A program made the translations under genes and the position numbers. This document shows positions 25,656 through 38,984 of a stretch of DNA of 64,000 nt, piece after piece. Where the stretch lies: assembly GCA_965649765.1 (NCBI GenBank), contig OZ287753.1, positions 46,996,001-47,060,000 of the forward strand. The letters run 5' to 3'. The first letter of the stretch is position 1; every line of letters begins with the position of its first letter. Below the pieces are notes generated by a model. The model was not told the DNA's origin, did no database searches, and saw only the letters and a list, made by a program, of their open reading frames with translations. This DNA comes from Bispira polyomma (taxonomy: Eukaryota).

Positions 25656-25791
25656 ACTACAGTGAGGATGTCCAAGCATATGTCGCCAATGTGTTTGCTG
25701 CTGCAGCCTTCAGATTTGGACACTCAGAAATTCCAGACATGATGAGATTTGCCAGTAAACTGATGTTTTTGAGGAAACACACCTGTCAGAG
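25656..25791 (+). CDS. Peroxidase exon 12 (NVFAAAAFRFGHS; proximal His), -1 frameshift near the 3' end
   Basis: Motif match. The frame must shift to EETHLSE| to join IFFAP. Confidence 0.9.
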
Positions 25792-25869
25792 GTAGAGTAT
25801 AATATTGTGCACGCAAGATGATTTTACGGTAAGCATTGCAGTGTAGAATAAAATTCTTTTAAGTTATGA

Positions 25870-26020
25870 TTTGATTCTGGGTTTAACGTCGCTTAACACA
25901 TTGTGTAGGTCACATAACGACAGGCAGTTTTAGTGCTGGAGGAAACCAGTTTATACTAGTTGGTCAAGATTTTACACTGTATACCAGAGACCATCGGCAA
26001 GTACCTGCCAACTTTCCTAA
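25870..26020 (-). mobile_element. SINE 3' part (same family at about 36410-36640 +, 46075-46280 -, 55450-55590 +, 56415-56600 -)
   Basis: Shared ggaaagtt..caggtacttgcc..ggt...ttcctcca...g(c/a)cgttaaacc core. Confidence 0.65.
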
Positions 26021-26732
26021 AAAAGACAATTAATTTTTTAACCATAAAGCCAAAACAGTAGCAATATAAAAGTAAAACCTAACCTCACTGTTACTGTAAT
26101 TTACATATGAAATCAAAGCACTGGAATCTATGGATTTAAATATTTGCAAATACTATATGATTAGTCATGCAAGTATAGATGTTTTTCTCGTTAATCTTGT
26201 TTTTATTTAAATTGTGTTTTGACCCTTTTCTGTCTAATGACAAACAGAACAATGAATTAAGAGTTTAATTGTTGCGCCTTACACATTACTTGTACTGAGA
26301 TGCAGCGTGCTAGGTGTCCATGCACTGTGACAGGTAATCATATGTGCAACTTGAATCTCTCCACTTGTTTTCTTAAAGGCATGTTTTATCAGGGCATATA
26401 TTGTGCATATTTTCTTGATTCAGTACAACCTCTATAATCCGAACATGGTGCAAATCACAAAGAAAATGTAAATTTGGGACAGCAATTGTGTGTACATAAA
26501 ATTGAACATTCGTATAATATAAGTTTTGATTAAATGCAGGTTATACTCTATAGTGTACTTTCCAATTTGCTCCCTGTTTACGATACCTGATACTCTTGTT
26601 GTTCCCGATATTTTTCAGCCCATAACCCTGAACCACAGCCCAGTTCCTGAGATTTCGAGTGTGGAATATTTACTATTGCAGGTTCTCAATTTGCTCTGTA
26701 TTTAAAATACCTGATACTCTTTGTTGTTCCAG

Positions 26733-26952
26733 ATATTTTTTGCCCCCACAACCCTGTACCACAGCCCAGTTCCTGAGATGTATGGTGTGGACGCCATCAT
26801 ACTGGGAATGATTTCTAGTCGCGCTGAGTCACCAGATGACCAATTCTGTGGACAGATTGACAACCACCTTTTTGCACAGGAGCCTCCATTTGGTATAGGC
26901 CTAGACCTGGTAGCCTTAAACATACAGAGGGGCAGAGACCATGGCATTCCAG
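26733..26952 (+). CDS. Peroxidase exon 13 (IFFAP...DLVALNIQRGRDHGIP)
   Basis: Motif match, G|GTAACA donor. Confidence 0.93.
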
Positions 26953-27472
26953 GTAACACTGCGTCGGTCATTGATTAGTGTAAAGCACTTAATGTATGTA
27001 CAAAGATCATACAGGGACAGCTTAAAATGGTTTTTGACATAGAGCTTGAATAAAAAGCCTATAAAAGCACTGTAAAGTGGGTATGGCTGCATGGGCTGCT
27101 TGTTCAAAGTGTCTGCTTAATCATGTGCATTTTACCTTTGGGCAGTGACAGGGGATTCGGCAGTGTAGTGGTAACACACTCCAAGTTGATGGTGTACTTG
27201 TTGGAGGTGGCTGGTATCGAACTACCCTCTTCTGACTTTCTTTACCAGTGAATTACTAATCATGATATGATACAAATGTATTGAAACCAAGGCAAAACTA
27301 AATTGAGCAATGGTCTGAATGTCACTTGTTCCGTCGTGGGTCTGAATATCACTGTTCAGTCACAATTACAAAATGAACATTACTGTATGACATCTTCTAA
27401 AGCGACAAAGTTGTTAAAATCGTGGTTAAGTCCCATGTACAACTTTCTAGCAATGATATGTTTATATTTTAG

Positions 27473-27578
27473 GCTATGCGGCATGGAGCAACTTCTGTCA
27501 TAATGATAACCCACAGTCATTTGGTGATTTCAAAAATATTCCTGCTGAATCACGAAAGAAGTTGAAGGACGTTTACAG
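27473..27578 (+). CDS. Peroxidase exon 14 (GYAAWSNFC...LKDVY)
   Basis: Motif match, phases 1/2. Confidence 0.9.
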
Positions 27579-27674
27579 GTATTATTTGTCTAATTCCTTT
27601 AATGAATGTTGTTGAATTTAAAGCTTTAAAGTTTATGCAGTTTCTCTACCTGATATGGTCTGATTTTATTTTAG

Positions 27675-27841
27675 CAATGCAGTGGATGTTGACCTTTATG
27701 CTGGAGCCATGTTGGAGAAACCAGCTGAAGGTTCACAGGTTGGGCCAACCTTTGGCTGTATTATTGCTAAACAGTTTCATAACTTAAAGTTCGGGGACAG
27801 GTTTTACTACGAGAATGACGAGGAAACCGGTTTTACTAAAG
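27675..27841 (+). CDS. Peroxidase exon 15 (DVDLYAG...VGPTFGCII..QF...GDRFYYEN)
   Basis: Motif match, phases 2/1. Confidence 0.93.
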
Positions 27842-28456
27842 GTAACAGCTTAGGTTTTACTGTAAGATTAGTTAGATTAGTTGGAAGTAAATGCCACTAT
27901 AACCCGATTTTCTGTATCCTCATCAGATTCTTTAGCCCCTAAATATGTACATGGGCAAGACTTTCTGCTAAAAATTTCTGTAAACTAGAGTACAAAACAC
28001 TTCTATCTTTTAATTAGTATATATTGGAATTTAGGGTATGAAATGTATCGGGTGATACTAAATCTGGCGGGGAATAGTAAAGTTTTTGCAACCACCCTTA
28101 CCACAAATATGACCGACAGATTTGTTCCCCCAATACATTTTCTGAGGGATACAGAATCTGGCACTACACAGGTCTACCTCCGATACTAGCATGTCATATG
28201 TAGCCATCAATAACACCTGACATTGCTGGGTCTGATGCATGTTTTTTGTCCCTTTTAATGTAAATAGGGTTGTCCAATGATGTCGTCTCATTTATTAAAA
28301 AATGAATGGCAAGTTTTGATAAAACATGTACATTTCCTGACATACTGCATAATTTTAAAAATTATTTATAGTTTTTTTCTGGGAGTCATTAATGATTTTG
28401 TTACTTCATAACTGACTGTATTCTCTTACTTTGACCATCAACCCCGAACCTCACAG

Positions 28457-28571
28457 AACAACTGACAGAGATCCGCCAGTTCACCCTAGCCAGGCTGCTC
28501 TGTGACACACTGGATGATGTCCATTCCATTCAGAAGTTTGTCATGCTCCAACCACTGGACGAAATCAACAT
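28457..28571 (+). CDS. Peroxidase exon 16 (QLTEIRQFTLARLLCD...IQ)
   Basis: Motif match. Confidence 0.9.
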
Positions 28572-29128
28572 GTAAATATGCTGGAGCAATAGAAAATTTA
28601 TTGATTTTCTGTTGAGTGGTTTTACCTTTAAATAATTTCACCAAATTATCAGGATATGTTTACTGTTTACGTCTTGCTCCTGAACTTTGAAAAACATGAT
28701 GGCTGCTATGACTATAGACCTAACTATGCATCTCTTTATATCCATTTATGTTCTGCAGCTATCTTTACCTATCAAGCAAACTATTTTTTATCTCCAGGAT
28801 ATACAACATGCATCAGTCCTCCTATGCAATTGGTCTAATGTACAAATTATATTTTAAAAAACTTGATTAATAATCAGAGTAGTTATTACAAATTTATGAA
28901 GATTTTATGAAAATGTTTAAACATGAATACCTTTGTATAACTGCTATCTGCATTTTCTGATTTTGTCAAGTCAAGAATATAATTAAGAAGCAGAGATATA
29001 GCCAGGTTTTATGTTCAGGAAACCTTTTGCAAGATAAATCTAAATGTTAACTAAAAATGCTGTAATTATACCAAACAGTGCTGTTAAGAGTAACTTAACA
29101 AATATGAAATTGTATTGCTTCGGAAGAG

Positions 29129-29234
29129 GAAAATCGAGATGGACTACATCCAGCAGGGTGATCACAATAAGAGGCGACCTTGTAGCATGATCCCAGACAT
29201 GGATTACTCTGTGTTTGTAAGGTCTGGGCCCTGA
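29129..29234 (+). CDS. Peroxidase terminal exon (NKRRPCSMIPDMDYSVF...*)
   Basis: Matches the C-terminal N..C..IP.MD motif. TGA at 29232 and AATAAA at 29450. The acceptor is uncertain. Confidence 0.7.
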
Positions 29235-29934
29235 TATGGATGAGACGGACCGGACGCATTGATAAGTAATACAATATTGTGGTCAGCTGATCAGCTGGTA
29301 ATGCGATGTTGTCCTGATATGTTGGATGTCTGTCAATTCAAGAATTTTGTTATGGATACAATTTGTTAAGATTTTGTTAAGTCTTTAAAAGTTAAAGTAT
29401 TGATTGTTAGTGCATGTTAAGAATATACTGTGAGATTATATACACGAGTAATAAACTATATGATGTAATGGTGTCTACACATCTTGCGTTAGTTCTGTAT
29501 TTCCAAGATATCTAAAAATAACCAATACTTCTGACCCGTTTTCATTTCAAAAGTCAGGCTATAATTGATGTTTGATTTGAAATACGATTTGTAGGACAAG
29601 TTCAGTATAGCGCAAAAGGCTATAAGATAACATATAACAATATTAATAGTAGTTTCACTCTAAACTTAAACAAACTTGACAGTTTTATGGACAAGTTAGA
29701 GTAAGATACTTGAAATGTCCCATTTAATCATTTAAACTTGGAAGAAGCCGTTATGGAACCATTCATATTTCATAAAACAAAATATCTGACCATGGGATTT
29801 TATCTTTGCATTCAGTGATATACTGGTATTTACTTAATGGTCACTTTCGATTCAGCTTTTTTCGTTTGACACTCGTATTGGCAACATCTGTCACTCCTGC
29901 TATTACCATATTCGCGACATCAAAATAATTTGAA

Positions 29935-30560
29935 ACCACCTGTCAATGAACACAGCAATAACTGTAGCTAACGGCCTTGTGAGCAGCCGCCTTGACTACT
30001 GCAACTCTCTTCTGTTTGGAGTAAACAAGTCGATGATTAAAAAGCTCTAGTCCATCCAAAACTACTTATGCAGGGTTATTTTTCGCCTGGGTTGTCGCAC
30101 AGACGTCACTCCTTACCTCAAAAAAATTACAATGGATGCCCATTCAATCTCATATTGTGTTCAAGATTCACGTTACCACTTTTAAGGCTGTAGTCACTCA
30201 ACAGTCCTCCTACCTTGCTTCCTTTCTCTCCTTCAGTAAACGTAAGAGAGGCAACAGACTGTTTGTTCGGTCAGACCCATCAGGAAGGCAGGATCCAGAG
30301 CATTCTCCATTGCAGCGCCTTTGTTGTGGAACAGTCTTCCAGTTGACCTCAGATCAGTTGATACACTCGTCTGTTTTAGGAAAAAGCTTAAAAACTATCT
30401 TGTTAACCTTGCCTACCTACCTTAGTTTCCCTTGTGCACATTCTTACTTCTTTCCTTACGACTTTGCTATGCCCATGGACTTTATGATTGGATCAAAGAT
30501 TCTGCTGTTGCGATTTAGAAGATGCCTGGCATCAATAAAAAAGAGCATTAAAAATTCATA
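29935..30560 (+). mobile_element. Degenerate L2/CR1-type LINE ORF2 3' fragment
   Basis: SRLDYCNSLLFG, W.PI..HI.FKI and APLLWNSLP..LKTIL across frameshifts. Confidence 0.85.
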
Positions 30561-31319
30561 ATAATTTTATAGTTGATATTTTGATTTTATGTTATAATGA
30601 CGATCAGATATCAATTACATCAAACGATATGACCTTGGCATTAAATGCGTTTTAATTTCATGATGAAACCTTACTTCAGGAACAATGTAGAAGCGATTTG
30701 GATTTAAAATTTGGGGTTGCATGTCATTGTAAATTTGCATTTTAGTTGTGCAATATTCAAACTAAATGGAGTAAGATATTGGCAGTGTTGAAGTGTAAAT
30801 TTCTAGTATATTTATACATTTGACTTTTAAATTTTGTATACTTGTCAAATGTTTTAACATTTTTAACTTCTGAACATTGTCGGTAGATAATAGAACATTC
30901 TTTCCAATTTCCGGCTTACAAGTCAGTATGTTCCTCGAATATCAACTTTGTAAATCAGTTACTTTAGGCCTTTCCCGGCAAAAAAAAATTCCGTTTCAGG
31001 AGTTGAGCTTTGTAGTTGTTTATGCCCTGGTTTACGTCTAAGCTTTACTAGGTATGGTTTTAATGACATCAGGTAGTGCAATAGAGGCAGAGCTGTCAAT
31101 CAAACAGATATAACCCTCGTCAAGGACAGCAAGGGGTGGGGCCTCTGTCTGAGCAGGTTTATCTGGACAAATGAGGTGTCCTCCCAAATATTTCATTTCT
31201 GTCCTGTAGTTTTAACAGGGGTGCACAAAATTATAAAAGTTTTGTGCAGGGCAGGGTAAAGCTATAAAATCTTAAATGCATCTTTTTCCCTATAATTGTT
31301 TTGTTCTAGATAACACTTG

Positions 31320-32430
31320 CAAGAAGCTCTTGTCCTTCTGTATCTCAGTTGCTTTTGATACCATTGACCATAGTTTTCTATTGGACACCCTTAAACAGTG
31401 GTTTGTACTGAATTGCATTATCCTTGATTAGATTAGCTCCTATCTGACTCTGAGCCTCCAAAATGATATTGAATGATCACTTCTCATCCTCTTTCAACCT
31501 ACCATGCCCCAGGGGTCAGTAGTCCTCGGGTCTCTATTTTTACCCCGTCTACATATCCCCCCCTCAACACAGTTAATAATAGTCACAATGTATGCGGATG
31601 ACACTCAAATCTCTTTCTCTCAATCCTCACAATGCCTAGAAAAATCTTAGTCTACTTGCCGACTGTCTTTTCTAAGTCCAGGTTTAGATAAATCACTCTA
31701 AATGAAAATTTAATTCAGACAAAACTGAATTTATTCTCATTGGTACCAATAAACACAGGGATTACTCGATCATTATTCCCCATTACACTACTGGGTAAAA
31801 AATACATCCTTTTATCAATGTCAAGAACCTTGGTATTACCATTGACTTTGCATTTTTATTTAAAACGTAATCAACATCAGTGACTCCTGTTACTATCATT
31901 TGTAATATCCAAAGAATCCGAAATCACTTGTCACTGGATACAGCTATTACTGCAATTCCCTTCTGTTTGGGGTAAAAAGGTATCTCATTACAAGTTACAG
32001 TCTCTTCAAAACTGTATGTATGGTCGTTTTTTGTTTGAGCATCCTTACTGATGTCCCTTTAAATTCCATTGGCTTGCCATTCGTTATCTTGTTTTAAAAT
32101 TCAATGCACCACTTTTAAAGAGGTCTCTCAACAGACAACCTTAGAAAGAAAATGGACTGTTTCTTCTGTAAAACCCATCACGAGGGCTGTATCCCGAGCT
32201 TTCTCACTTGCTGCTCCTATGTTGTGGCATAGTTTCCCAGCTGTGCATAAATCACTAGGAACACTGTGTGGGTTTAGGAGAAAAATTAAAAAATATCTTT
32301 TTAAAATTGCTTTCACCTCCCATACCCTTCCTTACGATCTAGCTATGTTAGATAACCCGATTGGTTCATTTATTCTGTTGTGTACAACATACTTAAAGAG
32401 TGTTCACTTATTAGTGTCATTAAAAATAAC
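31320..32430 (+). mobile_element. Highly degenerate LINE RT fragment
   Basis: LSVAFDTIDH, PQGSV, YADDTQ, KTEFILIG and RAFSLAAP.LW. Confidence 0.85.
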
Positions 32431-33924
32431 TACAAAAGGAATTGGATACCATATACATCTAGAATAGAAATTCGTAGAAACATAAAATAACTAATGGGGT
32501 TTAAGTAGGTTCTAGTCCTTGTTGGTGGTAACTATTTGAAAAGATGGAGCACTAAAGTGGACCCTGACAAACATGTTTTATGTAGATTTTGTTTACATGT
32601 GTGTAGGTTTTAAATAAAAAACACACATTCGGGGATCTCTATTTTTCAAAAAGAGAACACTAGCTTGTATTATGACCCAACCGTTTCACTTCTGTATGTG
32701 TCTCCTTTTATTAATAACATCCCATTGATTTAACGATCTGAATAAGTGTGCACTCTTTAGAAATACTCTTTTAAAATACTCTTTTAAAATGCTAAATCCC
32801 CAGGTGTAATATAATATTAAAGTTTATACAACATGTCACTGTTGCGGTCTCAAGTTGATGTCTCTGTCTGGGAGGATGTTCTCTTATCACAAAGTTTGTT
32901 GCTCTGACAAACGTCTAACTTGAGTCCTGGTCGGCGTGCCCTGACCATGGAATCTCTTCAAACAGTAGACTAACCCCTGGGGGTCATACCGAATAGTGTG
33001 CTGATAAAAGAGCTTTGTGGGGACAACTGGCTGTGGGAATTGCATAGAGTTACAGTTGTCTAGGGAACAATAGGTAACCTTAACCCAACAGACAGGATTG
33101 TTTTAAATTATGTTATATTATTGTATTGATACATCATGGTAAATTAAGTAATGCAAACGCCTAATAGGCATTGAAAACGCTGTGGAACCTTTGATTAGAA
33201 GTTACAGGTACTTAACAGAAATAAATAAAGCGACATAAGTTTGAGTTGAGAGATTAGTTGACAGAACTACTAAGCAAACCATAGCCCGAGGATCCTGCAC
33301 ACAATGGCGCAGCAACAACCGGGGTTCCACTCCAAAGCAATGCAATCAACTGGGATTTTTTTACTTCTAAATATTTTTTTTTATAAATTGTTCTGGGGTC
33401 CCCGAATTAGTCCGTGCTTATAGCATCTCGAACACTGGCAATCCTCTGAGAACAAAACTCTAATCTTCAAAGGCAGTAAAGCCGGTAAATACTCCCCACA
33501 GTTTTATTTAAGCAAGCAGTTTCCTGGGCATTTGTTAGTAGAAAACTACAAATGAGATGGTTAATGAGTATATTTTCTCTTCAACTTTTTGCTTGACTTT
33601 GTCTCGCTTGTGTTGATCTTTTAAATCAGGCTGTTAGTCTGTGTTGGCATGCAGTTTATGTAGGGTTCATGGCTAAAAAGATAGGTCAGTGTAATTGTAG
33701 AATGTCTGGACATGGTAATCAGAAATGTTTAGTCCTCTCAGTGAGGAATGTTTCTGTCTGTTTTATCTGTCACTGTGGGTAGCACTTTTTTAAGAACACC
33801 GACACACCAGGGTTTGATTCCAGTCTGGGGCTCCTACAGTGGCTTGAAAAACTACTTAAATGGAGGTCCTTTGTCATTGTGTCTTGTGCCAGTGGCAGGT
33901 TGTAGATCCTTCGAGACATTGGTA

Positions 33925-35175
33925 AACTAACAAATGACATTTTGTGGGCCATGAAACATCAAAAAGTAACTGCAATGATGGCAATAGACTTATCAGCTGC
34001 TTTCGACACAGTTGATCATGAAATCCTACTTAAAGTTTTAAACAAACAATAGGGTATATCTGGAAGTGCTCTGGAATGATTCAATAACTATCTAAATCCA
34101 AGCTCATGCTGTGTGAACATAGGTAAGAGCTATTCTAATAAAACTAGATTTCTCAGTACCACAGGGCAGTTGTGCGGGTCCAACTCTCTACTCTAGCTAT
34201 GCAAGTACCCTGAAATATGTAGTTCCAGCTGATGTGTCACTGCACAGATATGCCGACGACCATGCAATCAAATTGCCATTCTCAGCCAACAACATCTCAG
34301 CAGAAGCCACAACTCTTAGATCATTAGAAAATTGTGCTGAGGACATAAAATTGTGGATGGATTCCAACGGTCTTAAAATGAACAGCTCTAAAACTGAATT
34401 CATCCTGTTTGGCCATCCAAAGCAATTCAAAAATTGTTCCTCGCATAGTTTAAAAATGAATGGTAAAAATGTTAATTCAAGTGCTGACATTAAGTATCTA
34501 GGAGTCTATTTGAATAACCACCTCAACTTCAAACAATACATTACCCATAATTGTAATGTAGCTATGCTAAACATTCACCGAATTAGAAACATCAGATCCA
34601 CCCTTACAACGGAAGCAACACACACACTAGTTCTAGGCTTAGTAATGTCACATCTCGGTTTTTGCAATTGTGTACTGTTTGGTTTACCACAAAACTCAAT
34701 CAAGAAATTGCAAAGAGTTCAAAATATAGCTGCCAAATTAGTACTTAACAGAGCAAAATATGAAAGCTCGACTGAATCCAGAAACCTTCTTCACTCAGTA
34801 CCAATTGCTGCCAGGATTGAATTCAAAATTATGGTGCTTGTGTTCGAATGCCTGCAAGGAAATGCTCCAGAATATTAGCAGAGCCTGCTGACTCAAAAAT
34901 CAGTGTTCAGAGAAGGACTCAGATCCTCGACTTTCTCAAACAATCTTCATGTACCTAAAACAAGCCGACACTTTTATCAATATCATTCAGTGTAAGTGGC
35001 CCATCATTGTGGAATGAGTTACCCTGCAACATCAAGTACTATAACAATCTAAAACTGTTTAGGAAAAAAGTTAAGAAATATCTCTTTAATAAGTATTTGA
35101 TAAGACTTCCATGTAAATGCGCATTTGAAACAGAATTGTAAAAATGCACAATATCAAATGCAATATGTTATGTTA
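33925..35175 (+). mobile_element. 5'-truncated L2/CR1-type LINE, RT pseudogene
   Basis: DLSAAFDTVDH, VPQGS, YADD, KTEFILFG, KYLGV and LQRVQN.AA (ORF 34234-34878), with stop codons and frameshifts. Confidence 0.93.
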
Positions 35176-35644
35176 AATGGTCATACTTCAGCATCTCTGT
35201 TCCACTAGAGCAATGGAAGTTACTGGTGCTTGGTGACAGCTTTTTTGGGCAGTCAATAAAATAATAATTAGCTATTTGAATACAGACATAGATAAATATT
35301 AATACAATGACCCCTTTAACGGTTTTTGTGAAACAAACATTTCATTTCCTGACTTTGCTAAGTCTTTAATCATAAGAAGATGTACAACTGCTCTGTGACG
35401 TGAGTAAACTTACACAAATGAAGGGGTTGAGCTAGTGTGAAGATTGGAACACGTCTTTGGCTAGTTCGTAAGCTATGAGAAATTGTTCAGATAAAGGATC
35501 ATTTATAAAATGTAAGTTTTTTCATATAAATCAATTCTTAGTTTGCTACCTGGTAATCTTAGCTTGGCAATCTGAGTAAAAATATTAATATCAACATGAG
35601 GGTGTAAAATAAATTGTGACAAAAATCATAATGGCTCTTCTTAT

Positions 35645-36201
35645 GCCCTGGTCCCACCAGATTTACGTTAGTCTATGTTAAGCACACAAGGCTGACGCAA
35701 ATATTTGATGCAAAAGTCTATACACAAGTCAATTTCAAATTTATTTAATACTTCATAGGCGTTAACTTACCCAGACATCCACATCAATACCTGTAAAGAC
35801 TCGTAGCTGATGCAACAATTCACAGAAGATTATGTATTGAAGCTCGCGTATTTGTACGCAAAGATATGCAAATATACATAAATGGTCGCACATTGATACA
35901 TTAAAGGCTGTAATATTACGTGCATTATGTTAACACTCGTTTGGCCATGTCAAACCATGTTATACTATGTTACATCTTGCAAAGCTCTCGCAAATATTTA
36001 TGCTAATCCCTGTTCCAATCTTAAGTTTTTTGTGTGTTCAACTTTCAAACAGTTTGAAATTATAAATTTCATGCGCGTCATCTCTCACGCCAGGTTATGT
36101 ATTTTTATGCATGTTACGTTAGCTCCTGCAAATACCACGTAAAACCAATGCAAATTAATTTTCAAACCACTCCTAACGTGACGGCCGGTGGGATCAGGGT
36201 C
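35645..36201. mobile_element. MITE with short TIRs
   Basis: gccctggtcccacc ... ggtgggatcagggtc. Confidence 0.6.
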
Positions 36202-38984
36202 TTAGGAAGATCCACGCAAATGTATATCTGCCATAACTGGACTGGGACATTATGTTTAAATACTTTAACATTCATAGTCGTTCTTAGATGAGATTTTAAC
36301 TGAATCTGAGATAATATAGCAACAAAATATGTACTCTGCTATGCTGCAGTAGTACCAAAACATTATTTAAAGAGATACTCAATAGCACCAGCTCATAACC
36401 TGCTAAAACTGGTCAACCTCTCAGGGCTCCAGTCGCCTGGCGACGATAAGCATCTGTTGTAATATCACCAGCCCATGACAAGTGGGTTTATTCCCATTGC
36501 TTCCTACACCAAGGAAAGTTTGCCAGGTACTTGCCGGAGGTCAGTGGTTTCCAGTACAAATATCATTGGTTCCTCCATTAATAAATCTGGCCGTTACAGT
36601 ATGACCAAAGATGTTGAAAGTGAAAGAAAACCAAAACAATTTAACCCCTTAGACCTTTTGTATGGTGATTAATAAGTTCTGACTACACAACTGACTTCAA
36701 AGTGCTGATTTTATTTTTATCTAAATTCAAATGGAATAGTCCTGATGTGTAGGCATCTAAATTATTCAGTAATATTTGTGTTTATATTACTTCAAACTTA
36801 ATTGCTAGTCTTTTATTACTGTTAATCATAAGCCACATAATACAACATCTGTCTTGCTGACTCGTTTAGGCTACTCGGTCAGATTTAAAAGAAATGCCTG
36901 TAATAGTGCAGCCATAAAAAATGGAATGAAAGATATCTTTGCTAAACAGAAATAGCGTTTGATGGCTCTTTGTTATTAAACACTCCCTTGAGTATCAGAT
37001 GTGATTAATGGCACAGGGTTAGATGTTAGGAAGTTATAAATTGAGAAACCTACTGATTGCTTATTACATAATAATGAGAGATTATACACATTGTGTATGG
37101 TTATCAATGATAAAAGACACTTTACTGCATGCTGCATTTTTACAGTAATACTTCACATCTTCCACAAAAAACAGTTGTAGAATAAGAGGTTAGCTGCCAC
37201 AGTAATCTTCTCGGGGGTTTCATTTGACAAGCTCCATGTTAGTCCAAGTCCCTGAATTGGTCTCCACACTTTAAACAAATCCCCTCATGACCAAAATTCT
37301 AATCAGACAAAGTGATATATTTAAAAGGGGAGTTAAGGGTATTTTTGAATGAAGCCCTGTTGCCTTTTAGCTTTAAAAAATATTCTTTGCCCAAAGAGAT
37401 ACTTTGCAAGATTACACTTTGTCTGGAATTGGTTGTGTTACCCTTTGAGGTTTTGCGTTCACATATGGAAAAAGAAAATTAGCATTCATTAATTGTAATA
37501 TTTATTAGGTAAAACTTTCGATTATCTTCGCCAAACATGTTAAGCATTTGTTGTAAATTTTATAGTCTTAGTATGGTAATATGTTATCTTTTCTTGCGTG
37601 CAGCTGTCATTTCTGTAATATAAATATCTTTACCAATAATTAAAACCCTTCTTAATATTTGATACAGAAAATATATTTGTTAAAACAAATCAAGAAAGAC
37701 TGTAACAAAATATCCCAATCGTTCAACCCAGAGAAGTCAAGGTTTCCTTGCAATAAGGTTTTCATATGATTTTCCTATAATTATGAAATGATTTTCTTCT
37801 GTATATTCTTGGTTTTATCGCTCTTCTTAAATCCTTGTCATCTCTGGAAGTGTGAGTAACCCGACATCTCTTATGTTTGCTGGCCCTGATTTGTCCACTG
37901 GCTGTATGAATGTGGGTTAAATTTATTCGTTGAGGATGCACTTTAGAATGTGCTAGTACAATGTTTATGAAAACCAGTAGCAGATAAATTATAGCTACTT
38001 TTCATGTAGTACAGTAATCAATATTTGTCCAGCTTTTGATAGAACACTGATGTATTTTCTTAAGTGGAACTTGTTTTAATTTAACACAAACAAAGTTTAT
38101 TTTATTTTTCTTCTCTTGTCTGAAATAGTTCCTTTGAAATGGGAATTGCGGTGAATTGACATTCCAATTACCAATGACAATACAGAAATTACTACAAAAA
38201 AATTCGATAACACAAATTGAAAATTCATGTACTCTTTACCGTCCACCAGCAGAGATGGATGATACTAAAATTCCCAAAATAAGTAGTTTTTATAGCTTAA
38301 AACAGTTTTACAACAAAAAGCAAACGTTGTTCCTACCTTTGGCACCAGTTTCGTAAAAACATGGGTAAATGAAACTGTTCATTACCATTTTGCAGACTTT
38401 TAATTTTATATTTGTACCAATTTGGCACTTTGTTTATTGGCGAGATGTGGGATGTGCTGGCATTTGTAATGCATAAATATTGAAAAATGGGGACGTTAGA
38501 GAACAGAGCAGTGAAAAAGTACCTTGAAAAAAGGGGAACGATGTTCAAGAAAATAAATAAAGAGATACAAATTAGTGATACCTCTCTGCGATATTCTGCT
38601 GCCAAGAAGAGGGTTACTGAATTTTAATGTGACAGTGGTAAAATAAACTGTGAAGATTACCTATGGTTGCGGCTGTCTGCTGAATGCTGATGAAGGACAG
38701 GATATCGACCATTCAGCATCATCAGTTGTTTGGTGAAAACTTTTCCCAATGTTTGCGACTCGAGATAAAGTATGGGTTTATCACAATGATCCAGACTTAA
38801 AAGTTAAAATAGTGCAAGCAAGTATTTAAAACATTGAGGTTTCGACAGGTTGGGTCAGTAACAAAGGTTGTGGCTTCTAGTATTATCAAGGTATAATCCT
38901 GATTATCTCCAACCATCAATGAACATTACTATGCTATTCAACTATGACAGCTTAGAGGAACAAGAGAAAACCTTGAAAGTCAAA

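Larger units (their letters stand above)
9366..29234 (+). pseudogene. Secreted animal heme peroxidase (peroxinectin/chorion peroxidase-like), 17 exons, about 780 aa, disrupted by frameshifts (recent pseudogene or assembly indels)
   Basis: Motifs YRTIDGTCNN, FGQLLDHD (distal His), GDVRQNE (distal Arg/Glu), AFRFGHS (proximal His), DLVALNIQRGRDHG and GDRFYYEN. Frameshifts of +1 near 16195 and -1 near 25770. The family call is high confidence and the pseudogene status moderate. Confidence 0.6.
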
